A stretch of DNA of 63,553 nucleotides, the filler included, from an uncultured Chlamydiae bacterium (lineage in GTDB: Bacteria > Chlamydiota > Chlamydiia > Chlamydiales > SM23-39): assembly GCA_937899275.1 (NCBI GenBank). It is 5 parts of 5 records of this genome, joined end to end, with 100 filler letters (N's around TTAATTAATTAA, not from the genome) between each part and the next. Parts side by side here need not be neighbours in the genome. Positions count along the whole stretch, not along the records: positions 1 to 19,684 come from CALBPE010000084.1; positions 19,785 to 24,948 come from CALBPE010000085.1; positions 25,049 to 34,247 come from CALBPE010000086.1; 2 more parts are not named here. One strand, written 5' to 3'. Below the pieces are notes generated by a model, which searched no databases, had not been told where the DNA came from, and was given only the letters and a program-made list of their open reading frames with translations. Shown one piece after another: positions 18,728 to 27,675 of the stretch. Position 1 is the first letter of the stretch, and the number at the start of each line of letters is the position of its first letter. A program made the position numbers and the translations under genes.

Positions 18728-19150
18728 ATGGCGATTATCAAAGCAACGATCTTCTTTGAGAAACGTTTTTGGGTTGGAACTTTTGAACGCATAGATAAAG
18801 AAGGTTATGTAGTTGCGCGCCATATTTTCGGCAGTGAGCCTTCTGATTCTGAAGTGTACGATTTTGTTCTGCATCATTACCAAGAGCTAAACTTTGGAGA
18901 GGCTAGAAATATTGTTGTGCAAATCCAGAGAAAAAACCCTAAAAGAGTGCAAAGAGAAGTCCGGCGTGAAATGGAAAAAATAAAAGAAACCACACAACCT
19001 TCCACTTTAGCGCAAGATTATATGAGGGAAGAGCTTGAGAAAAAGAAAAAAGAAAGAAAAAAAACCAATAGCGCTCAGAAACAAGCTCGGTTAGATGAGC
19101 AATTTGCGATTAGACAAAAGAAAAAAAAGCAGAAAAAGCGTGGAAAGTGA
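18728..19150 (+). CDS. YjdF/DUF2992 family protein
   Basis: TIFFEKRFWVGTFER, FGSEPSD, KNPKRVQR, basic KKKQKKRGK tail. Confidence 0.85.
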   Translation: MAIIKATIFFEKRFWVGTFERIDKEGYVVARHIFGSEPSDSEVYDFVLHHYQELNFGEARNIVVQIQRKNPKRVQREVRREMEKIKETTQPSTLAQDYMREELEKKKKERKKTNSAQKQARLDEQFAIRQKKKKQKKRGK

Positions 19151-19240
19151 GATGAACTGCTACAAAAGTGGATCAAAACTTTTTAGAGAATAGCATGCAA
19201 ATAGAGCTCTAAAATCAATCCATAGAGGATATTTATTCGA

Positions 19241-19684
19241 ATGACATTTGAAAAAACCATTGTAAGCACTTTTGGTACATCGGGCAGGCGGTGGCTTAAA
19301 AAGTTACCTGAAGTCGTTGCTAATCTACAGGAAGCTTGGTCTCTTACAAATGTTGTTCCTGTAGAAAATATGACGTATCATTATGTAGCCAAGGCAATGC
19401 GATTTGACGGCGCTCCTGTTGTAATAAAAATCGGCTGTGATGGGGAGCTGGTGCAAAATGAGGCTGGTTTTTTACGGCATTTTCATGAAGATGGGGTAAT
19501 TTCTCTTATCGATTATACGGAAAAATACAACGCGCTTCTTTTAGAGCAAGCTATTCCAGGAGGCTCTTTACGGTCTTTGTATCCTCAGTTTCTAGATAGT
19601 GTAATGCAGTCTTTTGCAAATGGAGTGCTAGAGATGCAAAGACGGTCATCGCCTAAAAAAAATGGATTCTCCCTTGTAGCCGAT
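19241..19684 (+). CDS. APH(6)/StrB-like aminoglycoside-hydroxyurea kinase family protein, truncated by the contig end
   Basis: GRRWLKKLP, VVIKIG, EAGFL, ALLLEQAIPG. Confidence 0.8.
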
Positions 19685-19784
19685 NNNNNNNNNNNNNNNN
19701 NNNNNNNNNNNNNNNNNNNNNNNNNNNNTTAATTAATTAANNNNNNNNNNNNNNNNNNNNNNNNNNNNNNNNNNNNNNNNNNNN
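19685..19784. other. Artificial contig spacer (N44-TTAATTAATTAA-N44)
   Basis: N runs flanking a six-frame stop linker. Confidence 0.98.
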
Positions 19785-20460
19785 GGCTAAACTATTCATG
19801 GCTCCTACATCGTCGGCATTTGCCGTATGCTCACAATTCCCACATATAAATCGAGATTGCGTTTTGCGATTTTTTTGCTTGGTGATTGCAACAGGGACAT
19901 ATTAGGGACACATTTTTGACTTGCAATTCTTCCAGGACAACCATAGCGTGGCTTTTGCTGATCTTTGCTGAAATCTTATGCAGATAGTCTCTTTTTGTCC
20001 TTGCAATCTGTTCATGCAGAGAGCTGATTTTTCTTCTCTTCTTTTTCCAGTTAGCAGAAAATGTACTTTTCTTTGCCAAAGGGCGTTGATAGCGCTTTAA
20101 TTTGGCTTGTAGCTTTCCCATCGAAAGAGCCGCACACCTCCGGTTTTAACCTAAACAAAAATCCCTTTCGAAATAGCTTCTTTATAAGAACAATTATAGG
20201 AAATTTTTGACCTGCCTATCCAGTTGTATTTTTCATGGAAATTAGAAGAAGAAGGCGCAGTCGAGTTTTTACTTCATGCACACTTGGTCTTTGTTATAAA
20301 ATGTGAAGTCCTCTGGAGCCCCCTGGAGTCCCGGCTATTTTGCAGGTTCTATAGGCGGAGCTTCTATTTCTGTGGTTCGCCAATATATTGAATAACGGGA
20401 GGAAATTGGGCTAGCTCTACATCCTCCGCCTGAACGAAGAGGCTTTGCGCTCTACTTTTG
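19785..20460 (-). mobile_element. Non-autonomous IS605-group element, copy 2; right end lost at the contig end
   Basis: Reverse complement aligns colinearly with 12318-~12980, with the same large internal deletions; TTAC target (GTAA at 20461-20464); tnpA remnant about 20235-20395 (+); tnpB remnant 19785-~20190 (-). Confidence 0.9.
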
Positions 20461-21719
20461 GTAAAAAACGCTTCCATACCTAACTTGACTCCAGGTTCAA
20501 ATCGGAGCGCTTTGATGCCGATTTTCCCATTTTGCAAGGATAGGGAAGCTGCATCTTCTTCCATCGGAGAAATCCCTTGTAAAATATGACCGGTAAACTC
20601 CCCCTTACCTGCAAGCACCTCAAAGCGGATGTGTAAAGTCAGACCATCAATAGGCCAGGAGAGCGTATCTTTCATCCGAAAAAATGAAGCTTTTTCTCCA
20701 TTGACATAACAGGGAAACCGTTTAGGATGACTCCAAAATATCTCCTGAACAAATAAAGCTTTCGGATCAAATTCTGTATAGGTCATCACTCCCCTTCCTT
20801 CTTCCCAGTCAAGATCTTTTTGACGACAAAAAAGGCGGTTTTTTTCGGTAAATACATACAAAGAGCCCCGCCTTTTTAAAATAGCAAAATCTACTTCTAC
20901 TTGAGACTTTTCTAAAATCCCTTCTGGGTCAGGTTGTATGCTAGTGGTACTATGTGGCCCTTGCAAAAGAGCCGACTCCAGAACAAAGGGGCTCTCTTTT
21001 TTTTGCCATGCAGAATAAAAGTAGAGATCTAAATAAGTACACTCCCGCTCACCTTGAACCTCCCGTTCTTGATCTAATAAACCGATATAACCAAAAGATG
21101 GATGCATTTGACTTCTAAGGCGCTGCATCCAGCGAGAAGGAGGTTGGTCTAATGCTTGAACAAATAGTAGATATTCTGCCCAATCTCGTGCGGAAAGAAA
21201 TGATCCATTATCAATTTGCGCTTCTTCTTTTTCAGTAAGGTCTCTTCCATAGTAGTAGGCTTTTGCTACAGAAAACAAAACGCTATAAACGGCTTCTGGA
21301 GATTTTTTGACTAGATATTCATCAAGAAATTTTTCTAAACGGTTCAGCGCCTTTTTCCAAGGAATCAAGGTTTCTTTTTGCAAGATAGCTTCTGTAAATC
21401 GGATGATTTTGCCGAGGGCTAAATATATCTTCACACCCGCTTCTTTAGAATACGCAAAAGGGTATTCGTGAAGATATCGAGGAAATCCCCCTTCTGCATT
21501 TTGAAAATGCAAAAGCCTTTGTATCATTGAAGCTGCCTCTAGCATCTCCTCTTTTTGCTTCAGCTGGCATAAAGCAAGAGCAAAGCAAAACTGGTGCAAA
21601 AGGCAGATCCTATCATCTACCTGAATAAACCGAGTTTGGCTAGAAGTAAGGCTGCGCGCTTTTTCCACCAGAATCCGCGCCCGCTCTTTACCCCGTTCTT
21701 TACTGGCATTGAACAACAT
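20364..21719 (-). CDS. Hypothetical protein; the last 31 aa are encoded by the IS left end
   Basis: 451-aa ORF; LLHFQNAEGGFPRYLHEYP; reads through TTAC into the element. Confidence 0.75.
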   Translation of the reverse strand: MLFNASKERGKERARILVEKARSLTSSQTRFIQVDDRICLLHQFCFALALCQLKQKEEMLEAASMIQRLLHFQNAEGGFPRYLHEYPFAYSKEAGVKIYLALGKIIRFTEAILQKETLIPWKKALNRLEKFLDEYLVKKSPEAVYSVLFSVAKAYYYGRDLTEKEEAQIDNGSFLSARDWAEYLLFVQALDQPPSRWMQRLRSQMHPSFGYIGLLDQEREVQGERECTYLDLYFYSAWQKKESPFVLESALLQGPHSTTSIQPDPEGILEKSQVEVDFAILKRRGSLYVFTEKNRLFCRQKDLDWEEGRGVMTYTEFDPKALFVQEIFWSHPKRFPCYVNGEKASFFRMKDTLSWPIDGLTLHIRFEVLAGKGEFTGHILQGISPMEEDAASLSLQNGKIGIKALRFEPGVKLGMEAFFTKSRAQSLFVQAEDVELAQFPPVIQYIGEPQK

Positions 21720-21834
21720 ATCCCACCTGCTTTTGGGGGATAATCATACCATATTTCCCTCTAAAACGGGGGATTTTCCTTGGAAAAACAAGGGAAGTAT
21801 CGCAAAAAACGGGGATATTCTGTAAACTACATGC

Positions 21835-22212
21835 ATGACATTATGCCCATTAAACAACTACAAAGCGCTAAGCGCGGTAATAGACCAGTTACATCTTGAA
21901 ACAAGATCAAGACCTCCCCGCGTAGATTCGCTACTTGTCAAAATCCGTAAAATTTTTTGTAATGCGATTAAAATCCTACTCGCCGCCCCTTTTCTTCTAC
22001 TGAGCGCTTTGATCGATCTCGGCTCAAAGGGATTTCGCCTAATCCTTCCTCAAGATGAAGCGCCCCGTAAAAACCCTACAAAACTACCCACAGTTCCACT
22101 AGAAATTTTACCCTACTCATCTGACACTGAAGAAAAAAGCTTAGATCCGTCCCCTTTAGATAGCGGAGAGAGCCCTGAAATAGACCCTGAAGAAGATCAC
22201 AAGCACAGATGA
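21835..22212 (+). CDS. Small Inc-like protein with hydrophobic segment and acidic tail; may extend to 22287
   Basis: ILLAAPFLLLSALIDLG followed by a D/E/S/P-rich tail. Confidence 0.6.
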   Translation: MTLCPLNNYKALSAVIDQLHLETRSRPPRVDSLLVKIRKIFCNAIKILLAAPFLLLSALIDLGSKGFRLILPQDEAPRKNPTKLPTVPLEILPYSSDTEEKSLDPSPLDSGESPEIDPEEDHKHR

Positions 22213-22322
22213 GAAAGCCTAGATGAACTGGATACCAAAAGTCAGGGTCTAGATTCATCTGGAGATGATCTCGATGAAGCAAAGTAACCTATTTAGTAGT
22301 TAGACGCAGGCCTACGACCTGC

Positions 22323-22838
22323 ATGAAAATAGACCACACGGTGCATATGAAAACAAATTATACCCTTTCTATTACAGCAGCAATTGTTCTTTGCATCACC
22401 TACTTGTCTTTTCCCAATGCTGCTTTTTCCCAAGAATACTCCGCGGGAGATATCAGCAAAATGCGTATTGATGATATTCTAGAGTCTCCTTTGCATCCTG
22501 AGCCTACATCCCCCCTGACATTTTTTTTCACTATGGGAGGGGGTATTCTTCTTGTATTTGGAGGGTTTTGGGCCCTTCGCAAATTGCAGAGAGGCGCGCA
22601 TACAAAACACCCTTCTAGCAGAATCAAATTATTAGAAACAAAAGTATTAAGCCCTAAAACTACCCTGCATCTGATAAAAGTTGATGGCAATAAAGTTCTT
22701 ATTGCAGAATCTCAGGTGCATGCAGCTTCTGTATTCGAGGGGAAAATTGAGCCATTTAAAGCGTGCGTAGTATCTAAGGCCGAGTCAAATGCCCCACAGG
22801 CTGAAAACAGTACGCAGAATATAGAGAAACCCGATTAA
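22323..22838 (+). CDS. FliO-like (flagellar/type III export assembly) membrane protein
   Basis: Signal peptide, one TM helix, then IKLLETKVLSPKTTLHLIKVDGNKVLIAES (FliO beta-domain pattern). Confidence 0.7.
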   Translation: MKIDHTVHMKTNYTLSITAAIVLCITYLSFPNAAFSQEYSAGDISKMRIDDILESPLHPEPTSPLTFFFTMGGGILLVFGGFWALRKLQRGAHTKHPSSRIKLLETKVLSPKTTLHLIKVDGNKVLIAESQVHAASVFEGKIEPFKACVVSKAESNAPQAENSTQNIEKPD

Positions 22839-23529
22839 TTTCAGGAGAAAATAGCTGTTCTAAAAGATGCTGCCAAAACAGAAAAACCCGCGCTATTTGC
22901 GCTGCCATCCAGTGCATATTCTGCGTGCTTTTATTCAGTTTATCTACTACCTGTCCATCTCGTAAAAAGTCCCGTTTTTTTGATACCTTCCCATTAAGCC
23001 TAAACTCAATTTCCCCAACATACACTCTAGACTGATAAGGCCGTACTATAGAGCTGACAAAAGCAAGTATGAGAAAAGGCGTATACACGATAGCAGAAAC
23101 GATATGAGAAAGCTTTGTAGAGAGCGTTTCAGCCGTATTTTCTAAGCGCTGAACCAAACCAGATAAATGGGGATCTTTTCCTTGAACCACATCAACAAAC
23201 CCTCTTAAAATATGAAAAGTTCTATGTATAGCAAGAATACAAAGCCGAGCTATTTCCACAACAACGCGAATAGGGCCGATCAAAAGATTAAGGGGTATAA
23301 GAACAATACTTTGCTTAGATATAACCATCGCAGGTATAGCCCTGTAGTGGATATTTTTTTTGGGCCAAGAAGTATTAGCACTTAGCATAATCGTATAACG
23401 CTCTGTACTTTCACTTCCCTGATCATAAAGTGCAAAACCCTGAGGCAGGGACCAGGTCTTTGGATCCTTTAAATCTGGAAATTTATAGTCGCGAATTGCG
23501 TCTAAATCACATATTGGCATAAAAAACAC
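22774..23529 (-). CDS. Hypothetical membrane-associated protein
   Basis: 251-aa ORF with two hydrophobic segments; overlaps the fliO-like 3' end. Confidence 0.6.
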   Translation of the reverse strand: MFFMPICDLDAIRDYKFPDLKDPKTWSLPQGFALYDQGSESTERYTIMLSANTSWPKKNIHYRAIPAMVISKQSIVLIPLNLLIGPIRVVVEIARLCILAIHRTFHILRGFVDVVQGKDPHLSGLVQRLENTAETLSTKLSHIVSAIVYTPFLILAFVSSIVRPYQSRVYVGEIEFRLNGKVSKKRDFLRDGQVVDKLNKSTQNMHWMAAQIARVFLFWQHLLEQLFSPEINRVSLYSAYCFQPVGHLTRP

Positions 23530-23695
23530 CTAAATATTTTGTACGTATACTGCTATCTGCTGTATTTTCTTTCAATATGAAAAGCAGCCTCATTATTATC
23601 CACTGAACGCCTTTTTTCTAAAAGATATTCTGGAAAAACCGCATATCCTCTGGATACAAAGTGCGCTTTTGTCTATTTTTTTCTTGATTTTCCAT

Positions 23696-24145
23696 CTATT
23701 CGCAGGGATTTTTTATTAAAATTTTTTTGTAAATATTTTTAAGTGTCCAAGAGCCACCCCAAGCGGCGTGCCTTCTTCTGTTTGCAGTACCTCGGGCTCG
23801 GCCAAGATCAATACGGATCAGTGTACTAGCTAACCGCTTTAGCGCTGCTAGATTTTCTGCTGTATTTCCTGATGTAGCTAGATTTGCATCTTCACCAAAA
23901 TTGACGTCCATCTTCCAGTGTAGCCTTGTCTCTATTGTCCAATGACTTCTTTCCTCAGATACTTTCCCTGGTATCGTTCGTAAGAAAGCCCGTCTAATGT
24001 ATTTGTTACACAAACTCTTCTTTCCTCCATTCGTCTATGGCTTTTTTCACGGCTTTTGCTTGTTTGATAGCCCACATCTTTTGCCTGTGTGAAAAATTGT
24101 CCGCTTCTCCGTGGAGATTGCCTTTAAGGGCAATCAATTAGTTTC
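23696..24145 (-). mobile_element. Degraded ISAs1-family transposase fragment
   Basis: RSHWTIETRLHWKMDVNFGED, AENLAALKR, RRRHAAW; upstream frame LIALKGN. Confidence 0.8.
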
Positions 24146-24452
24146 CATTAGCATATCCAAAGTTTTTGAAAATCCTAACCTGATATTGCAATCTCCATCA
24201 AATCTTTTTAATCAAAAAGCCCTAATCTAGTAGCTTTTCAAAAAAATACTTAAATTCTATTAATTAAAAGATTCATGGTAAAGCTCTATACAATTGGCGT
24301 GACTCTTGGACACTAAGAATATTTTAGACAGAATTGTAAAGTAATTTTAATAAATAATCTCTATATTTATAATTAATAAAAATAAAACCTTTCAAAAAAA
24401 CCATTTTTTTAATTATAATTTGATTTGTAAAAACAAAAAGGAGATTATCAAT

Positions 24453-24848
24453 ATGTCAACCCCAGCAACAGCAAATAAGCCAGATTACATCCCCGCTACA
24501 AGAAAATTACTTAACCCACTTTTTACTTCACCGGAATCCAACACAGCACTAAAAGTTTGTGATGGGCTTGTCCGATTAGTTGCCCTGGCCGTTTTTGGAC
24601 CACTTACTCTATTATTAGACGCAGTAAGAGATGCATATATTCTAATAAGCAGCCTATCAAACAGAAATATCTCAAAAGAACCTGCCCCTCCCCCTCTTGC
24701 GAGTAATCCCCCTTCCCCTGTTGGGAGTCATATCCCTCTCCCTCCCCCTCTTGCGAGTAATCCCCCTTCCCCTGTTGCGGGTTCTGGGAAAACTGGTCAT
24801 GATATTAATTATCTCCATGTGTTTGATTTAGGAATTTACGGGTTCTGA
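24453..24848 (+). CDS. Small Pro-rich Inc-like effector candidate
   Basis: AAGGAG RBS before ATG 24453; hydrophobic LVRLVALAVFGPLTLLL; PPPLASNPPSPV twice. Confidence 0.65.
   Translation: MSTPATANKPDYIPATRKLLNPLFTSPESNTALKVCDGLVRLVALAVFGPLTLLLDAVRDAYILISSLSNRNISKEPAPPPLASNPPSPVGSHIPLPPPLASNPPSPVAGSGKTGHDINYLHVFDLGIYGF
24687..24777 (+). repeat. 54-bp-period duplication encoding PPPLASNPPSPV
   Basis: CCTCCCCCTCTTGCGAGTAATCCCCCTTCCCCTGTTG at 24687 and 24741. Confidence 0.9.
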
Positions 24849-24948
24849 TGATGATACTTATGTTGATGATGCTACTCTCGTTTTAGTTTTTGGGTAGTGT
24901 AACGATAAGTCTGTAAATTCGATATGCTGAGAAATTCTCAGTTATTGA

Positions 24949-25048
24949 NNNNNNNNNNNNNNNNNNNNNNNNNNNNNNNNNNNNNNNNNNNNTTAATTAA
25001 TTAANNNNNNNNNNNNNNNNNNNNNNNNNNNNNNNNNNNNNNNNNNNN
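24949..25048. other. Artificial contig spacer
   Basis: N runs plus TTAATTAATTAA. Confidence 0.98.
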
Positions 25049-25425
25049 GTGTTTTTTAGCTCTTCTGCTAGCCCCGCTTGAAACCGGATGTTTTCTTCTC
25101 GATCAGATGACATCAATCCTTGCTTTGCAAAAAGCTCTAAAAGGCTCATCCCTTTTCTTCTGGGAAGGCCCGCTTGATTGAGAAGCGCCATTGCTTCCGT
25201 TTGCCTGCGTCCGCTAACGGTAATCAACCACATATTGCTAGGACCGGTGGCAGCAGCAGCTGCACTTGCCGTAACTTCTACTTTCTGCGCGTCAATACCT
25301 CTAGATGCTAAAAACACGATGATTTCATTGGCTTCTCTTTCGTCAATATCATTGACGATAAAACTGTTGCTATCGCAACTGGAAAATAAAATGATCAGAG
25401 GAAGGAAAAACCAGTATTTTTTCAT
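25049..25425 (-). CDS. sctJ: Type III secretion inner-ring lipoprotein SctJ/CdsJ, 5' part
   Basis: Lipobox FSSC; EREANEIIVFLASRGI; GLPRRKGMSLLELFAKQGL. Confidence 0.93.
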
Positions 25426-25538
25426 AAATCGTCAATCAACAAAGTTTTGGTTACTGCATAACTACTTTATAGCATGTTTTTTTGTTTCAGGAGAGTTTTT
25501 TTTCCTCAAAAAAAAACTACAATAAGTTACAGCTTGGG

Positions 25539-26519
25539 TTACCAGATTTTAGGACCGTAAAATTTGCGGAGAAAATAATCCTTAATCCCTAAAAAACCAG
25601 CGTAGAGTCGGGCGAGCTCTTGCCGTTTTTTTTCTGTGCATTTTTTTCGGTAACATAAAGCGCAGCATGCATAGACCAATCCTTTTATAACAAGATGGCG
25701 GTAAATTTTTGCCCGCTCTTTTGTTAAAAGCCTCGTTTGTTTACTAGAACGGGAAGCTTTAGGAACATGTTTTTCTAGCCAAAGCAGCCGGTTTCTTTGC
25801 CAATAGTACTCTACATGGGCTTTGCCAGAAAAAGAGGCGGAGCCTTTATGAAAAATCACAGAAGATCCTATAGCCCATAGGCTAAAACCTGCTTTTTTTG
25901 CTCTTTGGCATAAATCAGATTCTTCCCAAAGGAGAAAAAAACGCTCGTCTAATAGCCCTACTTCTTCGATCACAGCTTTTTTTACTAGTAAAGAGCAGCC
26001 AGAGATATAATCGAGCTCTACCGGATCTTTGCAATAAGTATGGGGTTTTTGCAATCCAAAAGGAAGGTAATTGAGATGAGAAGAGCTCCAGTATCCTCCC
26101 ATATGATCGATTGTGGATCGATCTTCTAATTGGAGTACTTTGGGACCGATGATACCAGCAAGCGGCGTTTTTTCGGCAAAGTCAATCAGGTGTAAAAGCG
26201 CATCTTTTGTAGTAATTGTATCGTTATTGAGTAGAAAAAAGTAGGCAAAGCCTTTACGCAACGCATACCTTATCCCCACGTTATTTCCCCCTGCATAACC
26301 GAGATTGGCTCCCGTAGAAAGAAGTGTGTACTCGGGAAATTCGGTTTCTAAACGTTTTTTTGAGCCGTCTGTCGATCCGTTATCTACAAGGATAACTTCA
26401 TAGTTTGGATAGTCTAGCTGCTTTAGATGCTGTAGACATATTTTGGTATCTTCGTAGCCATTCCAGTTGAGAATAATAATGGCAACTGTGGGAGAAAAAG
26501 AGGGGGTATTCATAATCAT
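25539..26519 (-). CDS. Glycosyltransferase family 2 (WbbL-like)
   Basis: IIILNWNG, VDNGSTDGS, NLGYAGGNN, LLNND, EESDLC. Confidence 0.92.
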   Translation of the reverse strand: MIMNTPSFSPTVAIIILNWNGYEDTKICLQHLKQLDYPNYEVILVDNGSTDGSKKRLETEFPEYTLLSTGANLGYAGGNNVGIRYALRKGFAYFFLLNNDTITTKDALLHLIDFAEKTPLAGIIGPKVLQLEDRSTIDHMGGYWSSSHLNYLPFGLQKPHTYCKDPVELDYISGCSLLVKKAVIEEVGLLDERFFLLWEESDLCQRAKKAGFSLWAIGSSVIFHKGSASFSGKAHVEYYWQRNRLLWLEKHVPKASRSSKQTRLLTKERAKIYRHLVIKGLVYACCALCYRKKCTEKKRQELARLYAGFLGIKDYFLRKFYGPKIW

Positions 26520-27568
26520 TTGGGATAATGGAGGATTTCTAAGGTTTTTTCTAGCGCTTTTTCTACGCTAATTTGCTCCATACAAAAAGGGCGCTTGCAA
26601 GATCTGGCTAAACAAGGAGTGCACGCTCTTGGTTGATGCAAAATATGCGCTGTATTTTCTCGGTAGGGACCAGAGCGAAGAGGATCGGTAGCGGAAAAAA
26701 ACGCAAGAACATTTGTATCTAAAGAAGAGGCAAGGTGCATCGGGCCTGTATCATTTGTGATCACTAAATCAACGTGATTGAGTATGCCCGCGTACAGGCG
26801 AAGGTTTTTCGGTTCAATCAGGATGCTTCCAGGTGTTTTTTTTTGTATGGCGGTTACCGCCGCTTTTTCTTTGGGCTGCCCGTAGCCTAAAAAAATGGTG
26901 CAGCTAAGAGTTTGTTGCAGCTTTTTGATGAGCTCAATAAACCGTTTTTCTGGCCAGCATTTATACAAATCTTTTGCTCCAGCATGCACTAAAATCAAAG
27001 GGGCATTTTTTCTATAAGGTTGGATCCATTTTTCACCCTCGATTTTTTCTTCCTCTGTAAGAAAAAAACGGAGTTTAGGATCAAGTATTTTTGCATCAAG
27101 GGCAGAGAGAAGGTGCTCTCTTCTTGTGATTTCATGTGTTTTATCTGTTAAAGCTACTGTCAGTAGATGATCGAGACCTTTTTGCTGCCCTTTTGTTCCT
27201 ACCCTGTTCGGAATATACGAGGCGATGAGTAAAGGAAGGATTAAACGCTGGGAGCTATGAAAAATCAGCGCGTGGCTATAGCGCATTTTCAGCTGTTTTC
27301 TAAGAGAAAAAAACGACCAAAAAAGCGGCTCTTTGATCGTATAGACCTTGTCGATTGCAGGGTTGTTGCGCAGCGCCTTTTCTCCTACAGCTGAGGTCAG
27401 AAGATCAATCTTGATTTTTGGATAGGTTTTTTTTAGCCCATCAATAGCAGGAACGGCCCATAAAGAGTCGCCAAGACCTGTAGTAGAGACGAATAAAAAA
27501 CGCTGCAGGCAAGGGGGCGGTTTTTTCTGAAAAAACCAGCAGAAAAAGGTGATGAGTCTATTTTTCAC
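26516..27568 (-). CDS. Glycosyltransferase family 9 (heptosyltransferase-like)
   Basis: GLGDSLW, HAGA..YKCWP, ITNDTGPMHLAS. Confidence 0.92.
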   Translation of the reverse strand: MKNRLITFFCWFFQKKPPPCLQRFLFVSTTGLGDSLWAVPAIDGLKKTYPKIKIDLLTSAVGEKALRNNPAIDKVYTIKEPLFWSFFSLRKQLKMRYSHALIFHSSQRLILPLLIASYIPNRVGTKGQQKGLDHLLTVALTDKTHEITRREHLLSALDAKILDPKLRFFLTEEEKIEGEKWIQPYRKNAPLILVHAGAKDLYKCWPEKRFIELIKKLQQTLSCTIFLGYGQPKEKAAVTAIQKKTPGSILIEPKNLRLYAGILNHVDLVITNDTGPMHLASSLDTNVLAFFSATDPLRSGPYRENTAHILHQPRACTPCLARSCKRPFCMEQISVEKALEKTLEILHYPK

Positions 27569-27675
27569 TTTGCGTTGGGGATCAAGTAGAAAATCTATAG
27601 AAAAAACGTTCTTTTCAACTTATAATAAGTAGCGATTTCCCACAAGAACATAGCTAGGATCTTTACCACGCTATT

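Noticed and set aside
12318..20460. Inverted IS copies forming a composite transposon or invertible segment around csp, carrier and ank genes
   Set aside because: The copies lie on different contigs separated by an artificial spacer, so relative orientation and distance are unknown
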